The notes under the pieces: generated by a model
Told to the model about the DNA's origin: nothing
The model's database searches: none
Seen by the model: the letters and a program-made list of their open reading frames with translations, nothing else
Origin: the human T2T-CHM13v2.0 reference genome, Homo sapiens
DNA: 64,000 nucleotides
Reading direction: 5' to 3' (one strand)
NCBI RefSeq assembly: GCF_009914755.1
Contig: NC_060936.1
Position numbers and translations under genes: made by a program
Shown: positions 42,088 through 60,484 of the stretch, piece by piece
Layout of the letters: every line of letters begins with the position of its first letter
How positions within the stretch are numbered: the first letter of the stretch is position 1

Positions 42088-42954
42088 TCATTGTTATTTG
42101 AGCCTCAGCACCTCCCAGGCTGTGTTTAAAGCATTGAATTTACTATGCCATTTTTATAAAATGTTTGGTTATGAAATGTCTTTGACATTTGCTATGAATG
42201 AGTAAGATGGGGTAGTTACCAGGCTGGCATCAAGCCACTTGAACCTCTCTCTGAGACAACCTGTCAGTGGGGTTTTCCCAGCACTATTTCCCTATTTTTG
42301 AGACCAGTTACCAGCCCTAGTTATGAAGGAGAAAGTTATTTTGGTGTTGGACCTGCTTGGCTCCAGACCCACTGAATGCTATTTGCTTGAAATGAAAACA
42401 GAAAGTTTAAACAAATGCAGAACTTATTAACTTACAAACATTCATGTTGATCTGTTGCTTTTACTATTAAAATAGCCTTCTATCCATTTCAGCTGAGGTG
42501 CTGATCCCTTGGTGACTGCTTCCCTGGCTTTCATGTCAATTCTGAGTGCTCTTTTATTACAGGAAGTGAAGTAAATCAGTGGGGAGGCTGATTAGAATCC
42601 CCGTTAGAGGCAAGTGGATAAAAATGAGGTTAGGGAATGTGAGTGCATCTCTAAATCACTGCACTTGACCAAACAAATTACTTTTAAGTATGCCTTCTCT
42701 TCAACCCAGAGCAGCACATAGTGATCCAGGAAAAAAAGAGATTCAAACTCAGAGAGATAAGCAAGAGGCATTGGCTTTTCATATGGATGCTCGCATCCAC
42801 ACACACATGCACATAAGTACAAGAGTGATTTTCTTTAGTTGAAGCGCTATTTTGCCTCTGTAAAACTTCTCCAGATGTCTTAAGTCCGCTTTTCAATAAC
42901 ATTAATTCCTATTTATGGTGTACTTTCTAAAGGCCAGTCACTGGGCTGGGAGTG

Positions 42955-43440
42955 TTACACATGTAATTTCATTTAATCTTCACAACAAGTCAGTGACATG
43001 CAAATTGTTGCCCTTTTATAGATAATGAAACCGAAGCTCAGAGAATAATAATATTAATCATAATAGTTACATTTTTTGAGTACTTATATGTGCTAAGTGG
43101 TTTTACATATGCTGCTTCATTGAATCTTTTAAACAATTCTGGGAGATAGATTTGTGTCCCTATTTTAGAGGTGAGGAAAGTGTGGCTTATAATTATTAAT
43201 AGTTTGCAATAGCTACCACTTACTGCATACTAATTGTGTGCCAGGCACTGTGTCATATCTTTTAAACACAGCACATAATCTTTTGTAATTCTTACAACCT
43301 ACTAGGATAAATCTTATCCCCTTCACTTTAAAATAAGTAAATGAGGGCAGAGCAAGCCAGACAACTTGCCCAGTATCATTCAACTAAGACAAGAGAGAGC
43401 CAGGATTTGAATTAAGAACCGGTGATTTCAAAGCCTGAGG
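42955..43440 (-). mobile_element. Cluster of about three MIR fragments
   Basis: Repeated ttaatcttcacaacaa, gaggtgaggaaa and caacttgcccagtatca motifs. Confidence 0.65.
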
Positions 43441-44153
43441 AATCTATGCCAGGCAGTACACCTACTTCATTGCTTTTCTAATTTTGCTTTACTTTTTCTT
43501 TATTTATAGGAATCTAAATGGTATAAGGAAAGAATATCCAGCTCTGAAAGACATGGATTCAAACTCTATTTAGAAGGGATCCTGCTGTCCAAATATTGGA
43601 CAATTTGAACATCAAAATAAGTAATGATAGTAGTAGATTACAACTTATTTTGAATCCACACTGATATGAATGAATGGATGGATGAGCGAATGAGTGAATA
43701 AAGCAGAAGAGAAACCTCTTCCTTAAAGTAGAAACCATGCCAAAAAATACAGAAAGAATGATCAAATTAGAAAGCTACCATTTGACAACCACTAAGTTAT
43801 AATTAATTCTGGCAGAAAACATCAATGAATGCAAAACTAGTTGGTGAATGAAAAGTGAGGAATTAGATTTTGTATAACCTAAAAGTATCTCCCTAGAAAA
43901 TATTTATTTATTTATTTGTTTGTTGTTGTTGTTTTGGTTTCTTTTATTATTATTATACTTTAAGTTCTAGGGTACATGTGCACAACGTGCAGGTTTGTTA
44001 CATATGTATACATGTGCCATGTTGGTGTGCTGCACCCATTAACTCATCATTTACATTAGGTATATCTCCTAATGCTATCCCTCCCCACTCCTCCCACCCC
44101 ACAACAGGTCCCAGTGTGTGATGTTCCCCTTCCTGTCCAATTGTCCTCATTGT

Positions 44154-48278
<4,125 letters not shown>

Positions 48279-48339
48279 TATGATGTTAGCTGGTTATTTT
48301 GCTCATTAGTTGATGCAGTTTCTTCCTAGCATCAATGGT

Positions 48340-49356
48340 CTTTTCAATTTGGCATGTTTTTGCAGTGGCTGGTACCAGTTGCTCCTTTCCATGTTTAGTG
48401 CTTCCTTCAGGAGCTCATGTAGGGCAGGCCTGGTGGTGACAAAATCTCAGAGCATTTGCTTGTCTGTAAAGGATTTTATTTCTCCTTCACTTATGAAGCT
48501 TAGTTTGGCTGGATATGAAATTCTGGGTTGAAAATTCTTTTCTTTAAGAATGTTGAATATTGGCCCCCACTATCTTCTGGCTTATAAGGTTTCTGCGAGA
48601 GATCCGCTGTTCGTCTGATGGGCTTCTCTTTGTGGGTAACCCGACATTTCTCTCTGGCTGCCCTTAACATTTTTTCCTTCATTTCAACTTTGGTGAATCT
48701 GACAATTATGTGTCTTGGAGTTGCTCTTCTCGAGGAGTATCTTTGTGGCGTTCTCTGTATTTCCTGAATTTGAATGTTGCTCTGCCTTGCTAGGTTGGGG
48801 AAGTTCTCCTGGATAATATCCTGCAGAGTGTTTTCCAACTTGGTTTCATTCTCCCTGTCACTTTCAGGTACACCAATCAGACGTAGATTTGGTCTTTTCA
48901 CATAGTCCCATGTTTCTTGGAGGCTTTGTTTGTTTCTTTTTACTCTTTTTCTCTAAACTTCTCTTCTTGCTTCATTTCATTCATTTGATCTTCAGTCACT
49001 GATACACTTTCTTCCAGTTGATCAAATCGGCTACTAAAGCTTGTGCATTCAACATGTAGTTCTCATGCCATGATTTTCAGCTCCATCAGGTCATTTAAGG
49101 ACTTCTCTACACTGGTTATTCTAGTTAGCCATTCGTCTAATCCTTTTTCAAGGTTTTTAGTTTCATTGCGATGGGTTCAAACTTCCTCCTTTAGTTCAGA
49201 GTAGTTTGATCATCTGAAGCCTTCTTCTCTCCACTTGTCAAAGTCATTCTCTGTCCAGCTTTGTTCTGTTGCTGGTGAGGAGCTGCATTCCTTTGGAGGG
49301 GGAAAGGCACTCTGATTTTTAGAATTTTCAGCTTTTCTGCTCTGTTTTTTTCCCAT
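48340..49356 (-). pseudogene. L1 ORF1, frameshifted
   Basis: ATG GGA AAA AAA CAG at 49356; fragment KRPNLRLIGVPE...ATPRHIIVRFTKVEMKEK. Confidence 0.9.
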
Positions 49357-49931
49357 CTTTGTGGTTTTATCTACTTTTGGTCTTTGATGATGGTGACATA
49401 CAGATGGGGTTTTGGTGTGGATGTCCTTTCTGTTTGTTAGTTTTCCTTCTAACAGTTAGGACCCTCAGCTGCAGGTCTGTTGGAGTTTGCTGGAGGTCCA
49501 CTCCAGACCCTGTTTGCCTGGGTATCAGCAGCGGAGGCTGCAGAACAGTGAATATTGCTGAATGGCAAATGTTGCTGCCTGATCTTTCATCTGAAAGTTT
49601 CATCTCAGAGGGGTACCCGGCCGTGTGAGGTGTCAGTCTGCCCCTACTGGGGGGTGCCTCCCAGTTAGGCTACTCGGGGGTCAGGGACCCCCTTGAGGAG
49701 GCAGTCTGTCCTTTCTCAGATCTCAAACTCCGTGCTGGGAGAACCACTATTCTCTTCAAAACTGTCAGACAGGGACATTTAAGTCTGCAGAGGATTCTGC
49801 TGCCTTTTGTTTGGCTATGCCCTGCCCCCAGAGGTGGAGTCTACAGAGGCAGGCAGGCCTCCTTGAGCTGTGGAGGGCTCCACCCAGTTCAAGCTTCCCG
49901 GCTGCTTTGTTTACCTACTCAAGCCTCAGCA

Positions 49932-50276
49932 ATGGTGGGCGCCCCTCCCCCAGCCTCACTGCCACCTAGCAGTTTGACCTCAGACTGCTGTGCTAGCAAT
50001 GAGCAAGGCTCCATGGGCATGGGACCCTCTGAGCTAGGCATGGGATATAATCTCCTGGTGTGCCGTTTGCTAAGACCATTGGAAAAGCACAGTATTAGGG
50101 TGGGAGTGACCCGATTTTCCAGGTACCATCTGCCACAGCTTTGCTTGGCTAGGAAAGGGAATTCCCTGACCCCTTATGCTTCCTGGGTGAGGCGATGCCT
50201 CGCCCTGCTTTCGCTCACACTTGGTGCACTGCACCCACTGTCCTGCACCCACTGTCTGACAAGCCCCATGAGATGA
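49932..50276 (+). CDS. L1 antisense ORF0-like reading frame (114 aa); expression unknown
   Basis: MVGAPPPASLPPSSLTSDCCASNEQGSMGMGPSELG...RVGVTRFSR resembles ORF0 (MAGAPPPASLPPCSLISDCCASN...). Confidence 0.5.
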   Translation: MVGAPPPASLPPSSLTSDCCASNEQGSMGMGPSELGMGYNLLVCRLLRPLEKHSIRVGVTRFSRYHLPQLCLARKGNSLTPYASWVRRCLALLSLTLGALHPLSCTHCLTSPMR

Positions 50277-50395
50277 ACCCGGTACCTCAGTTGGAAATGC
50301 AGAAATCACCTGTCTTCTGCATCACTCACACTGGGAGCTGTAGACTGGAGCTGTTCCTATTCGGCCATCTTGGAACTGCCCTCCCAATATTTATT

Positions 50396-50771
50396 AATAA
50401 CAAGGGGAAAAGTAACTTTACAGTAGAGAGGCCGGAAAGATACACCAGTCTTAATTAAGAGGTGAAGGTTAACACCACCAGTAAGAGGGAAAAAAAATCA
50501 CATGCCTGTCAGTAAGATGCATTGAAAAGAACACAGCATTCATGATATCTTGTAAAAAAATGTATACCAGGGTCTCATCATGAGAAAACATTAGAAAAGC
50601 ACAAATCAAGAGACATTCTACAAAATGACAGATGTATAATCTTCAAAAATGTCAAAGTCATGAACAGATTGAGGATCTGTTTCAGTATAAAGGGTGTGGA
50701 GACATCACTGAGTGCAACTTGTGTCCCTAGATTGGATTATTTGCTGGAAAAGTTTGAATGAGTTCTCTGAG

Positions 50772-50820
<49 letters not shown>

Positions 50821-50995
50821 CATATATATATAGAGAGAGAGAGAGGGAGAGAGAGAGCATATATATAGCATATATATATAGCATATATATAGCATATATA
50901 TATATAGCAAATATATATATATATATAAAGACAGAGAGAGTGCTTTGTACCATTCTTGCAACTTCTTGTTAAGTTTAGAACTTGTAAAATTTAAA
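50396..50995 (+). mobile_element. L1MC4-like 3' fragment (left part ~43700-43898), containing a (TA)n/(GA)n tract at 50770-50930
   Basis: aagtaactttacagtagagag...ggttaacaccaccagtaa...tcttgcaacttctt. Confidence 0.6.
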
Positions 50996-51789
50996 AAAAA
51001 ATTTTCTTTTTCTTTTTCTTTTTTTGTAAATCCAACCACTTTCTTCGTGACCTTTGGCAAGTCATTGGACTTCTTTGAGTTTGTTTTGTTTTGTGAAAAT
51101 AGGAAAATAATTGAGTAGTTTTGTTGAAATGATAAAAATGAGACAGTATATACAAAAACACTTAGCATTTATTAGATGATTAATAAATACTAGTTTCCTT
51201 TTTTCTTTTCAACCTGCTTATCTAATACTCTGAACTTGATCTGTGGGTGGCAGGAGGAATAGCATGACATGTTTTGTTTCACAAAGTGAACAAGTGTCAG
51301 TGTTAGAAACATTCCAGAAACTTCACACTCAGGGCTTTATTTTGGGTGACCTTTTAATCTGCTTAGGAATTATTTCATAGGTCAGTGTTTTCCAAAATCA
51401 GGGTCCATAGATGTATTCTTGGAGGTCCAGAGAGCTCTCTGGAGTTATCTTTGTGTGTTTTCATTTAAACTATAATAAAATTAATATTCTCTTATTAGCA
51501 TGATCAGATTTAATTGACTGATGTCAGTGTCCATATGTGCAATGTCTTTGAAATTTTCAGAGCCCACATTTACAATTGCCTAAACACCAAATAGTTCTAC
51601 TTTTATTATCATGGGTGAATGAGAAAAAGAAGTAGACTCTATAAGTTATTGTGCATTTGCACCAAGTGAAGGCCACTGCTAACAAATATGGAATCTTTGC
51701 ATGACTACAAAAAAGATATGCCTTACCTCTGCCTTTCAAACAAACTGTCTTGCTATAAACAATAAACCTAATAAAGTAGTAAGTTATAT

Positions 51790-52825
51790 GTTGCTTAAAG
51801 GTGATAAGTGTTATGAAAAGAGAGAAGGCAGAATAGGTTAAGGAGAATCAGGAGTACTAGAGCAGGACTGGGGAGGGGTGTCAGGTTGCAATATTAAATG
51901 TATTGGCCAGAGTTGGTCCCATTAGGAAGGCAACATTCAGCAAAGATTAGCAGGTGAGAGAGATATCTGGGGCAAATATCTGAGAGCAGCAGATACCTAG
52001 AGGACAAGTTCTTGAGAAAGAGAAAGCTATGTCACTAAAGCAAGAGTATGGCTGATATGTTTAAGAAACAGCAAGGAGTCCAGAATGGCTGGAGCAGAGT
52101 AAGTGAAGAAGAGAACAGCAGGAGATGATTGTCAGAGAAATAAAGTGTAGAAAAATGATAGGGCATTGTAAGGATTTGGGCTTTTAGTTTAGATGGAATG
52201 AGGTTTTGAGCAGAAGATAACTGGATATGAATTACATTCCAAAAGGATCGCTCTGAGTAGACAATAGGTCGGCAAAGTAAGAACAAGGAGACCTATTTGG
52301 AGGCTATCTTAGTGGTCCAGATGAGAGATGACCATGGCGTAGACAAAGATGGTAATTAGTGAGGATGCTAAAAAGTGGTAAGATGCTGATTCAGTTCTGA
52401 AAGTAGAACCAATCACATTTGTCAAGAAATTGTATAAAGATGTGAGAGAAAGAGAAGATTCAATGATGACTCCAAGGATGTTGGCCTAAATGATTGGAGG
52501 ATGGATTTTCCACTTTGAGAGAAGGCTGTAGGTAGAGCAATTTTGGAAGGGACACACTTGAGTTTGAGACATCTGTTAGACATTCAAGGGGATTTTGCCT
52601 CTGGAGCTCAGGAGAGCTGGTCGGAGATGGAACCATGGGTGTCCTCAGTATTTACAGCTATGAGAGTAGTCAATGGAAAGGAATGAGCCCTGGGACTCTC
52701 CAATGGTGAGTGCTTGTGGAGAGAAGAAGGAGCCACAAAGGAAATTGAGAGGGAAGCTCCAGTGAGACAGGCAGAAAACCATGAGTGAAGTGTCTTGGAA
52801 TCCAGATGAAGAGTGGCATTATAAG
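51790..52825 (-). mobile_element. L2 LINE fragment
   Basis: agcaaggagtccagaatggctggagcagag...gtccagatgagagatga...gatgactccaaggatgttggcct. Confidence 0.75.
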
Positions 52826-52839
52826 TCCAACTCTCCACT

Positions 52840-53122
52840 GGCATAGTTGGAATGTGTCCCTTCCAGTGGGATTAGGTGCCCTTATAAAGAGGCTTGACAG
52901 AAGGAGTTCATTCCTTCTTGCACTTCCACCTTCTGCCATGTGAGGACACAGCACTCTTCCCCTCTAGATAATGCAGCCCTCACCAGATACCAGATGCCAG
53001 TGCCTTGATTTTGGCTTCCCAGCCTCCAGAAGTGTGAGAAATAAATTTCTAGGATTTATAAATCACCAAGTCCCTATAAATCATCCAGGTATTTTGTTAT
53101 AGCAGCACAAATGGACTAAGAC
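52840..53122 (+). mobile_element. MaLR LTR (MSTC/MLT1A-like)
   Basis: ccttctgccatgtgaggacacagc...ccagcctccagaagtgtgagaaataaat...atggactaagaca. Confidence 0.75.
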
Positions 53123-53129
53123 ATTTATT

Positions 53130-53560
53130 AACCTGTAAGAAGGCTATACATCCATGCCACTTGCCATGCAGCTTCACAGCGCCCTCCCACTGTGGGTGAA
53201 GGTACTTTCCCACCCCCGCACTGGGCTTGGGTATGTGACTTGTGTTGGTAGGTATGAATGAAACAGAGGCTTGAAGTGGACTTGCCTTGTTTCTTTTATC
53301 TCTTGCATTCCTGGCATTTTCCTTGAAAAGGACATGTCCTGGATAGCTGCTGATTGAGGGAGAATGAAAGACTCATGGGGCACACCTGAACCCAATGTAT
53401 AGTTTAAACCTATCTGCCCTCATCTAACCAGCAGACCTGTGAGCATAAGAAAGCAATGCTTATTTTTATAAGCCACTGAGTTTGAGCTGATTGTTATAAC
53501 AATAATAAGCTTGCTGGCTTATTATTATAAGCCACTGAGCTCCTCATGCAACATCATTTC
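53130..53560 (+). mobile_element. MLT1-type LTR
   Basis: gggcttgggtatgtgacttgtgttgg...aatgcttatttttataagccactgagtttg. Confidence 0.6.
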
Positions 53561-53724
53561 AGTTAACTGTGTCCCCAGTTACACAAGTCCCCCAGAAACA
53601 CTTATACCACCCAAAGAAAAGGAGAGTCTCCCTACCTTGATCCGACCTGACTTTACTTGATTTAAATAGATGTAACATTTCTTCCACCTGCATGATGTGG
53701 CAAAAATTTGTTCCTGCTGATGCA

Positions 53725-53727
<3 letters not shown>

Positions 53728-53762
<35 letters not shown>
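53728..53762 (+). repeat. (GT)n microsatellite
   Basis: Seen directly in the sequence. Confidence 0.95.
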
Positions 53763-53765
<3 letters not shown>

Positions 53766-54387
53766 ATTTCTCAGTCCACGCCCATGGTCATGCTTTAGAG
53801 CCACTAGATTAGATGACCTCTAAGGTTTCTTCCAAATCTAAAATTTCATGATTCTGTATCATCCAGTTCATGCCATTTGTTCACTGCTTCACCTGTATCT
53901 CCTCCATTCTGGCAGCTTCTGCTTCAAGTTAATTGGAGGTCATTGTCTGCCCCCTCTGCTTTAGTGTCATTATTTCTGAGATCCTTTGCAACCAGAAAAG
54001 GCAAGAGGCCTCCACCCATCCAGAGGTTTGTATCACAGCCTTAAGATAAGAGGGCAAGGGACGAGTACAGAGATGGAGTGCATGTGGTGTGAATAATCCC
54101 ACGGTGTGGGGAGGAGCAGTAGGAACAGTTGTTGCTGGAGGATACCAACCTTGATCCTAGACTTCCAAATCAAATTGCTGCTTGCAATGGGTTAAGTCAG
54201 CTCTGGGAAATAGGGCAAATAGATTTGCCATTTGAATAGAGAGTATACAACAAAGGAAGAAATGTACGTAACTATGTGGAATATTGGAAAGTCTCATCAT
54301 CATGGATATCCCACTGACATCTTGGAAATTCCTAGACAGGGCCTGTCATTAAATACAGGTGGATATTGGGAGAATAAGTGCTGTGTG

Positions 54388-54502
54388 CTCTCTCTGTCTG
54401 TCTCTGTTTCCGTCTCTCTCTCTCTCTCCTCTCTCTCGCTGTCTCTCTCTCTCTCACACACACACAGACGCGCGCGTGCACGTGCACACACACACATACA
54501 CA
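54388..54502 (+). repeat. Compound (CT)n-(CA)n-(CG)n microsatellite
   Basis: Seen directly; the alternating purine-pyrimidine part has Z-DNA potential. Confidence 0.9.
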
Positions 54503-54599
54503 GAGAAGCTTCCTATAACTTCTGGGGAGCATACAAAGTTAATGGGATATAAATTCCATCTTTTAAGGAACTCCTGGGTCCTTTTTTAAAAAAAGAAAA

Positions 54600-54775
54600 T
54601 TTTAGAGAGAGTCTCTCTCTGTCTCCCAGGCTGGAGTGCAGTGACGTGATCATAGCTCACTGCAGCCTCAAACTCCTTGATTCAAGCAATCCTCCAATCT
54701 CAGCCTCTTGAGTAGCTGGTAGTAAAGGTGTGCACAACCACACCTGGCTAATTTTTTTTTAAATTTTGTAGAGAA
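54600..54775 (-). mobile_element. AluJ right arm, partial
   Basis: gatcatagctcactgcagcctcaaactcc. Confidence 0.85.
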
Positions 54776-55920
54776 CCTCGTCCATGATGAGCACTTTTAG
54801 AGTTACAATTCATAAGGTGTCAACATAGAAAGCAGACTGGCATTCACATTAGCCATGAAAAGACTCTTTCTATCTAAATAGCTTAAAGTTTACTGGATTA
54901 AAAAGGAATTTCCTTCTTTATCTATAGAGATTATAGAATTGCTTCTTTTGTGATTTCCTTCTCTGTCTCTCCCGGAAGGCTGATCTACTCCTACTTGATT
55001 CTTACTGATCCAAATCATCCTACTCCAAAGAAGCTGAGTTGAGGTTTAGACAGACCACAGACTCTGTTTTATTGTCTCACTACTATAAAAGAGGGATAAA
55101 GATCCAATAAGCACTGCTCACTTTTCTTGAACATCTTGAGACCCTGGTCTCTTTCATTGGTAACCTTTAATTCTGGTTCAAGTGGTGAGAATGTATGTGT
55201 GTGCACATGCAAATGCATATGTTAGAAATGAGAATACTTTTTAAAGCACAAAATAAACTTTTCAGAAGCTTACCCGATATTAAGTCACTCTGGGAAGCCA
55301 TATGCTTATTGCAATTTTGAGGCATTCATTCATCAGCAAGGTTTTGAAGGCTGGCTACACTGAGTGGAATATGGTCATTTAACAATGTAATCTTTGTAAG
55401 GGTCATCAATCTCATTTGAATAAATATATCAGTTAAATAGATCAATTTCAGTTAAATAAAATTATGGTACATACATAAGATGGAAAGTATTTCCAACTCT
55501 GAAGCTCTTAAAGAGAATTATTTAGCCCACCTCCAAGATATGCTGTTAAGTGAAAAAAGACAGACGCAACAGTGTGTTTCGTGAGCTACCATTTATGTAA
55601 GGAAAAAAAGGATATATATGTATATGCTTATATTATAAAAGCCCAAAACGTTTCTGAAAGACTACATAGGAAACTATAACTGTGGTTGCCTGTGGGAGGG
55701 TGGCCCCAGACAAGGCATGAAACCAGAGAAATGTATTTGCGACTGTGTATTTGAATTTGTCGTACATGTATATATTTTGCCTATTCAACAACAACAAAAA
55801 ACTCAAAATAATAAAAAAGAAGTCATCTTTAGTCCTATCTTTAGTAGTTATGTGGTAGAGCACTCTACTGACATGAGGCTGGGCTTTGGGATCAGACAGG
55901 TGAAAATTTGGATCCAGGAA

Positions 55921-56085
55921 GGGCTCCGTGGCTCACGCCTGTAATCCCAGCACCTTGGGAGGTAAGAGGGGAAGATCGCTTGAGCTCAGGAGTTTGAGAC
56001 CAGCCTGGGCAACATAGTGAGACATCCATCTTTATTTCTATTAAAAAATAATAATAATAAAATAAAATAAAAATAAATAAATAAA
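55921..56085 (+). mobile_element. FLAM_C monomer inside a MIR (~55850-56245)
   Basis: Monomer with A-rich tail; TSD-like aa(a/g)atttg(g/a)atcca. Confidence 0.85.
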
Positions 56086-56317
56086 AGATTTGAATCCACA
56101 TGTTAACTGGGAGACTTCCTGGAGGTGCCTTACCTTCTCTGACTACCCATTTACTTCTATGTAAAATGAGGAAAATGATAACCACCTAAAAGGATGGCAT
56201 CCAGGATTAAGAAAAATAATGAAAGGAAAGACCCAATAGGCACTCAGAAAACTTTATTCCTCTTTCCTCCCTGCATGTAGGAAGGATCCTGGATTGGTTA
56301 TATGATGTCGTTAGTAA

Positions 56318-56607
<290 letters not shown>

Positions 56608-57083
56608 CCCTTAGTAATTTTTAAAGAGTTAATTGATTGCAGCCTGTTTACATTCAAAAATCTTTGATAAGAAGTGCCTCCATGTGCTACAGGAACAGAT
56701 CCTGGGAGCCGACCTCGGTGCCTCAAAACCAAGATCCCAGCTGAAGCATTGTCTTGGAAGGAAGGTGGGTGTGAAGAAAAAAAGGAAAGAAAGGAAAAAG
56801 CAATTTTTTCTCTTTGTCTCAGTGCATGAAATTTCACCATTAAAGTTCTCTCTTTTATATCTTGGTGGCTAGTAAATCCCTAACAGCCCTAATATAGATG
56901 ATATTTAAACCTCATCTGCTAACACTTTGCAGGGAATTCGTTTAAGCAATTAAAATCTTCCCTTTCCTCAAACACCGCCATCCGTAAAACAGAGAACCGT
57001 GAAAGGGAAGGCCGATGGCCCTCTAGTCTAGTCCAAACTGCAACCTGATAAGATTTTAGAAGTCACTCCTTCCTCAAGACCCT

Positions 57084-57103
57084 TTACTGCCATCTGCTGG
57101 AAA
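57084..57103 (-). promoter_or_regulatory. Candidate CTCF site
   Basis: Minus strand TTCCAGCAGATGGCAG matches the CTCF core CCASYAGRKGGC. Confidence 0.5.
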
Positions 57104-59756
57104 AATTTGGTATTAACACACAGATTGCCCTATGACTACAAGACAATGGACCCTCTGGGATTGTGCAACAAACACACCGCTTGCAGAACTGTGAGCAATG
57201 CCCCAAAACAAGCTTCACAGTTTTGCCAAGGGCTGGCACTACTGCAGCACAGCCGCCCTTGATCGGTTGCTGTCCCTTCAGGCGTGCGTCCCATGTGAAT
57301 TCTTTCCTGCCAGGACTTTCCTTGATAACTCTTGTCCATCCATGGTACTAGATGATTATAGCTCCCTTTCTCCAGAACCTCTAGAATGGAATATCTGCAG
57401 GGCCCCTTCAGACCATTTCAAAGACCCCTTTAGGTGTCCACGACCTCCCCAGGTGAAAAATTTTTTAAGGAATGTGAATTCATTTTTCCATCATTACTTG
57501 AGGCAGCACCATAAATTGTGACAGTGGAGGCCTAATGGAATGCAGCATCGCACGCGAGCCCCATGGATGGGAAACAGACCTGATTAGGTGCCATCAAAAC
57601 AACACAACTGACCATTGGAAACTCTGCTGAGGTCTCAGGTGCTGAGGAGCAGGAGAGAAGAAGAGAAAGAAGTCCTGTGGGGCTCACACAGCCGGCCAGC
57701 CTCTCATCTCAAAGACAGAAACGAGGTTTGGCTTCATTCTTTTCTGCCCACTGATTGCTTTATTTCAAATTACCCTAACTACTTAGCATGGCAAATTAAG
57801 TTAAAACCCCCAAAAGTTTGCGGAGAATGTCATCTAATCTGATTAAAAGGAATAGTCCCGTCACAAGCTAGGGAGGAAATGGAAATTACTCTGAGTGCAG
57901 TGCTATTAAATAATTTGCATAGACTTGCATATGGTATACATCAGAAAAGCATATGCTCTTTAGATTTAATGAAATAATTTTCCCTTTCTAAAGACTCTTA
58001 CAGTCTCTGTCCTTCCCTATCTGTCTTTTCCTCTTCCCAGCTGTCTCTTTTTGAATGCTAAAATTATTTCATGAGGAGGGTACATAGCAATGCACAAATT
58101 ACATGAAATATGTTAATAATCTTCCTGCTGGCAGGGCTGGGAGGCCCTGAAACTGCATTGCCAAACTTCCCAAATGTCCCCCTTGTCAATCTCACATAAT
58201 TAAAGGCTCCCTTTACAACCTTAAAAGGTTCCGTTTGATTCATTTGGGGCTTCCATTGATGGGGGAAGGGTGGTTAAAACCAATCCTTTGGCTCTACTTT
58301 CCCAAATAATGTCTTCCTAACTCTATGCAATAGCATCTAAATCAAAATGAAAATGAAAGGAAAAATTGCCATCATGCCCATGTCATCTACATCAGTTGAG
58401 TCTGTGACACTGCCATTGAGGTTGCACACATACAATAATCATCCTTGAAAGATTTTTGTGCCTGCTCTGCTTTTCAGGATTCAAAACCCTTGACAAATGT
58501 TAGCTGCTATTAAAGCATCACCCCCATTCTATCAATGGAAACAAGGAAGCCCAGATAGGGGAGTATGATGGGCTAGTGGCTATTGGCCGGGGAAGGGAAG
58601 GGGAGGGGAGATGAAATCTAACTATTTTTGTATTCTCTATGGATATTCACTAGTTTTTTAGTAATATTTTAGCAGATCTCATGTTCAGTTGTAATGTAGC
58701 CAACAGAGGAATTCTAGTGAATTCCCCAACAAAATTACATTAGGATCAAATGTGATCGTTATAAACACTATCCAGATGTTGGGGATGGACTGGATATAAC
58801 TCTTTAAGCCCCAAATTACAGTATAATAAATGCAAGCATGGGGATCTGCCAATACATCTGAACTTCGTGTCGGAAACCAGGTCTGACCTTAATTTAACTC
58901 TGTAAGGACCTAAGAATTTCCCCACTTGTATAGTTAGGATGCATTCAAACATCTCCAAGTGCCATATTGTCATGAGTTTTATCACTTACTTGAAGCATGA
59001 CCATATCAGATTCTGGAGTCAAGCCAATCTTAATGCAAGCATTTTATTAACACATTTAGAAAGGAAACAGAATCACAACTAGAAATAACTATTGAGGTTA
59101 TGAAACAAACCTGTGAAATGAAATACAATATAATATTAAAATCACATTTGTCCTTGGTAAATCTCAGGGAGTTAAGATAGTATAATAAGCACACACTAAA
59201 ATATTGTACTACGTAAACCAGCAATGCAAATTACTACAGGCCCACAGAGAAAGATATAATTTGGCAAGAAAAAATTTCATCTTCTGCTCCTGAAATCTTT
59301 TCATTATGCAGGGTTGTTAGAAATTGATAACTTTGTGTGATAGCTCAAGATCAGGACCGAATATATCATAATTAGAATATCAGTGGTTATAGGGAAGATA
59401 AATAGTTCAAATATTCTAGTGTCAAATATTTTAAAATAATAGGCCCTTTGGAAAGCTGGAATCAATAGACTAACCAATTTATTAAGTAGTAAACTATGGG
59501 ATGACTGCTATCTGTGTGATATCATGTTGGGTAATGCTGGAAGAAACAGAAAGTAAAAAGAAAGATTTTAAGGAGTTCCAAATATGTATCAGGTCCTTTA
59601 AGAAATGCATGTTCTTTATCTGATTTTAATGTAGGATGTATCAAACCACAGAATGGTCTCCTCCCTGGAGAAACTTAAAATATAGTGCCAAAGTTATGAA
59701 ATATACAACCCCCCAAAATTCAGAAGTTAAACCATCAAACAAAATAATAGATGTCA

Positions 59757-60099
<343 letters not shown>

Positions 60100-60484
60100 T
60101 CAGCATAAGTAAAGCATTGAGGGTCTCTGTGCATCTCCCACCACCAACTCTCCAAATGAAAAAAGCTATTTGTATCAGTTGAAAAGTATTGAAAACACCT
60201 GAAATCTGCTACCAAAAATGTGAATGCTATGTCATAATTGTTTACCAAGAGTTTTTTTAAATCATTCTTTTTTTACAAAAAAAGTAAAAATTTATCATTA
60301 TCACATTCATACAGCCTGTGAATCTCCCTTTGCTCCTTCCTGCTCCCAGCCCCTTATGTTTTTGTCACTTGTTATATGACATTGAGGTAGACCAACAAAA
60401 AAAGAGTTCTCAGAATGGGAAATTTGAGTGAGCTGGCACTGTGGGCCTCAAAATCATCTCAGAGGAATAATCAGAAGAATATAT

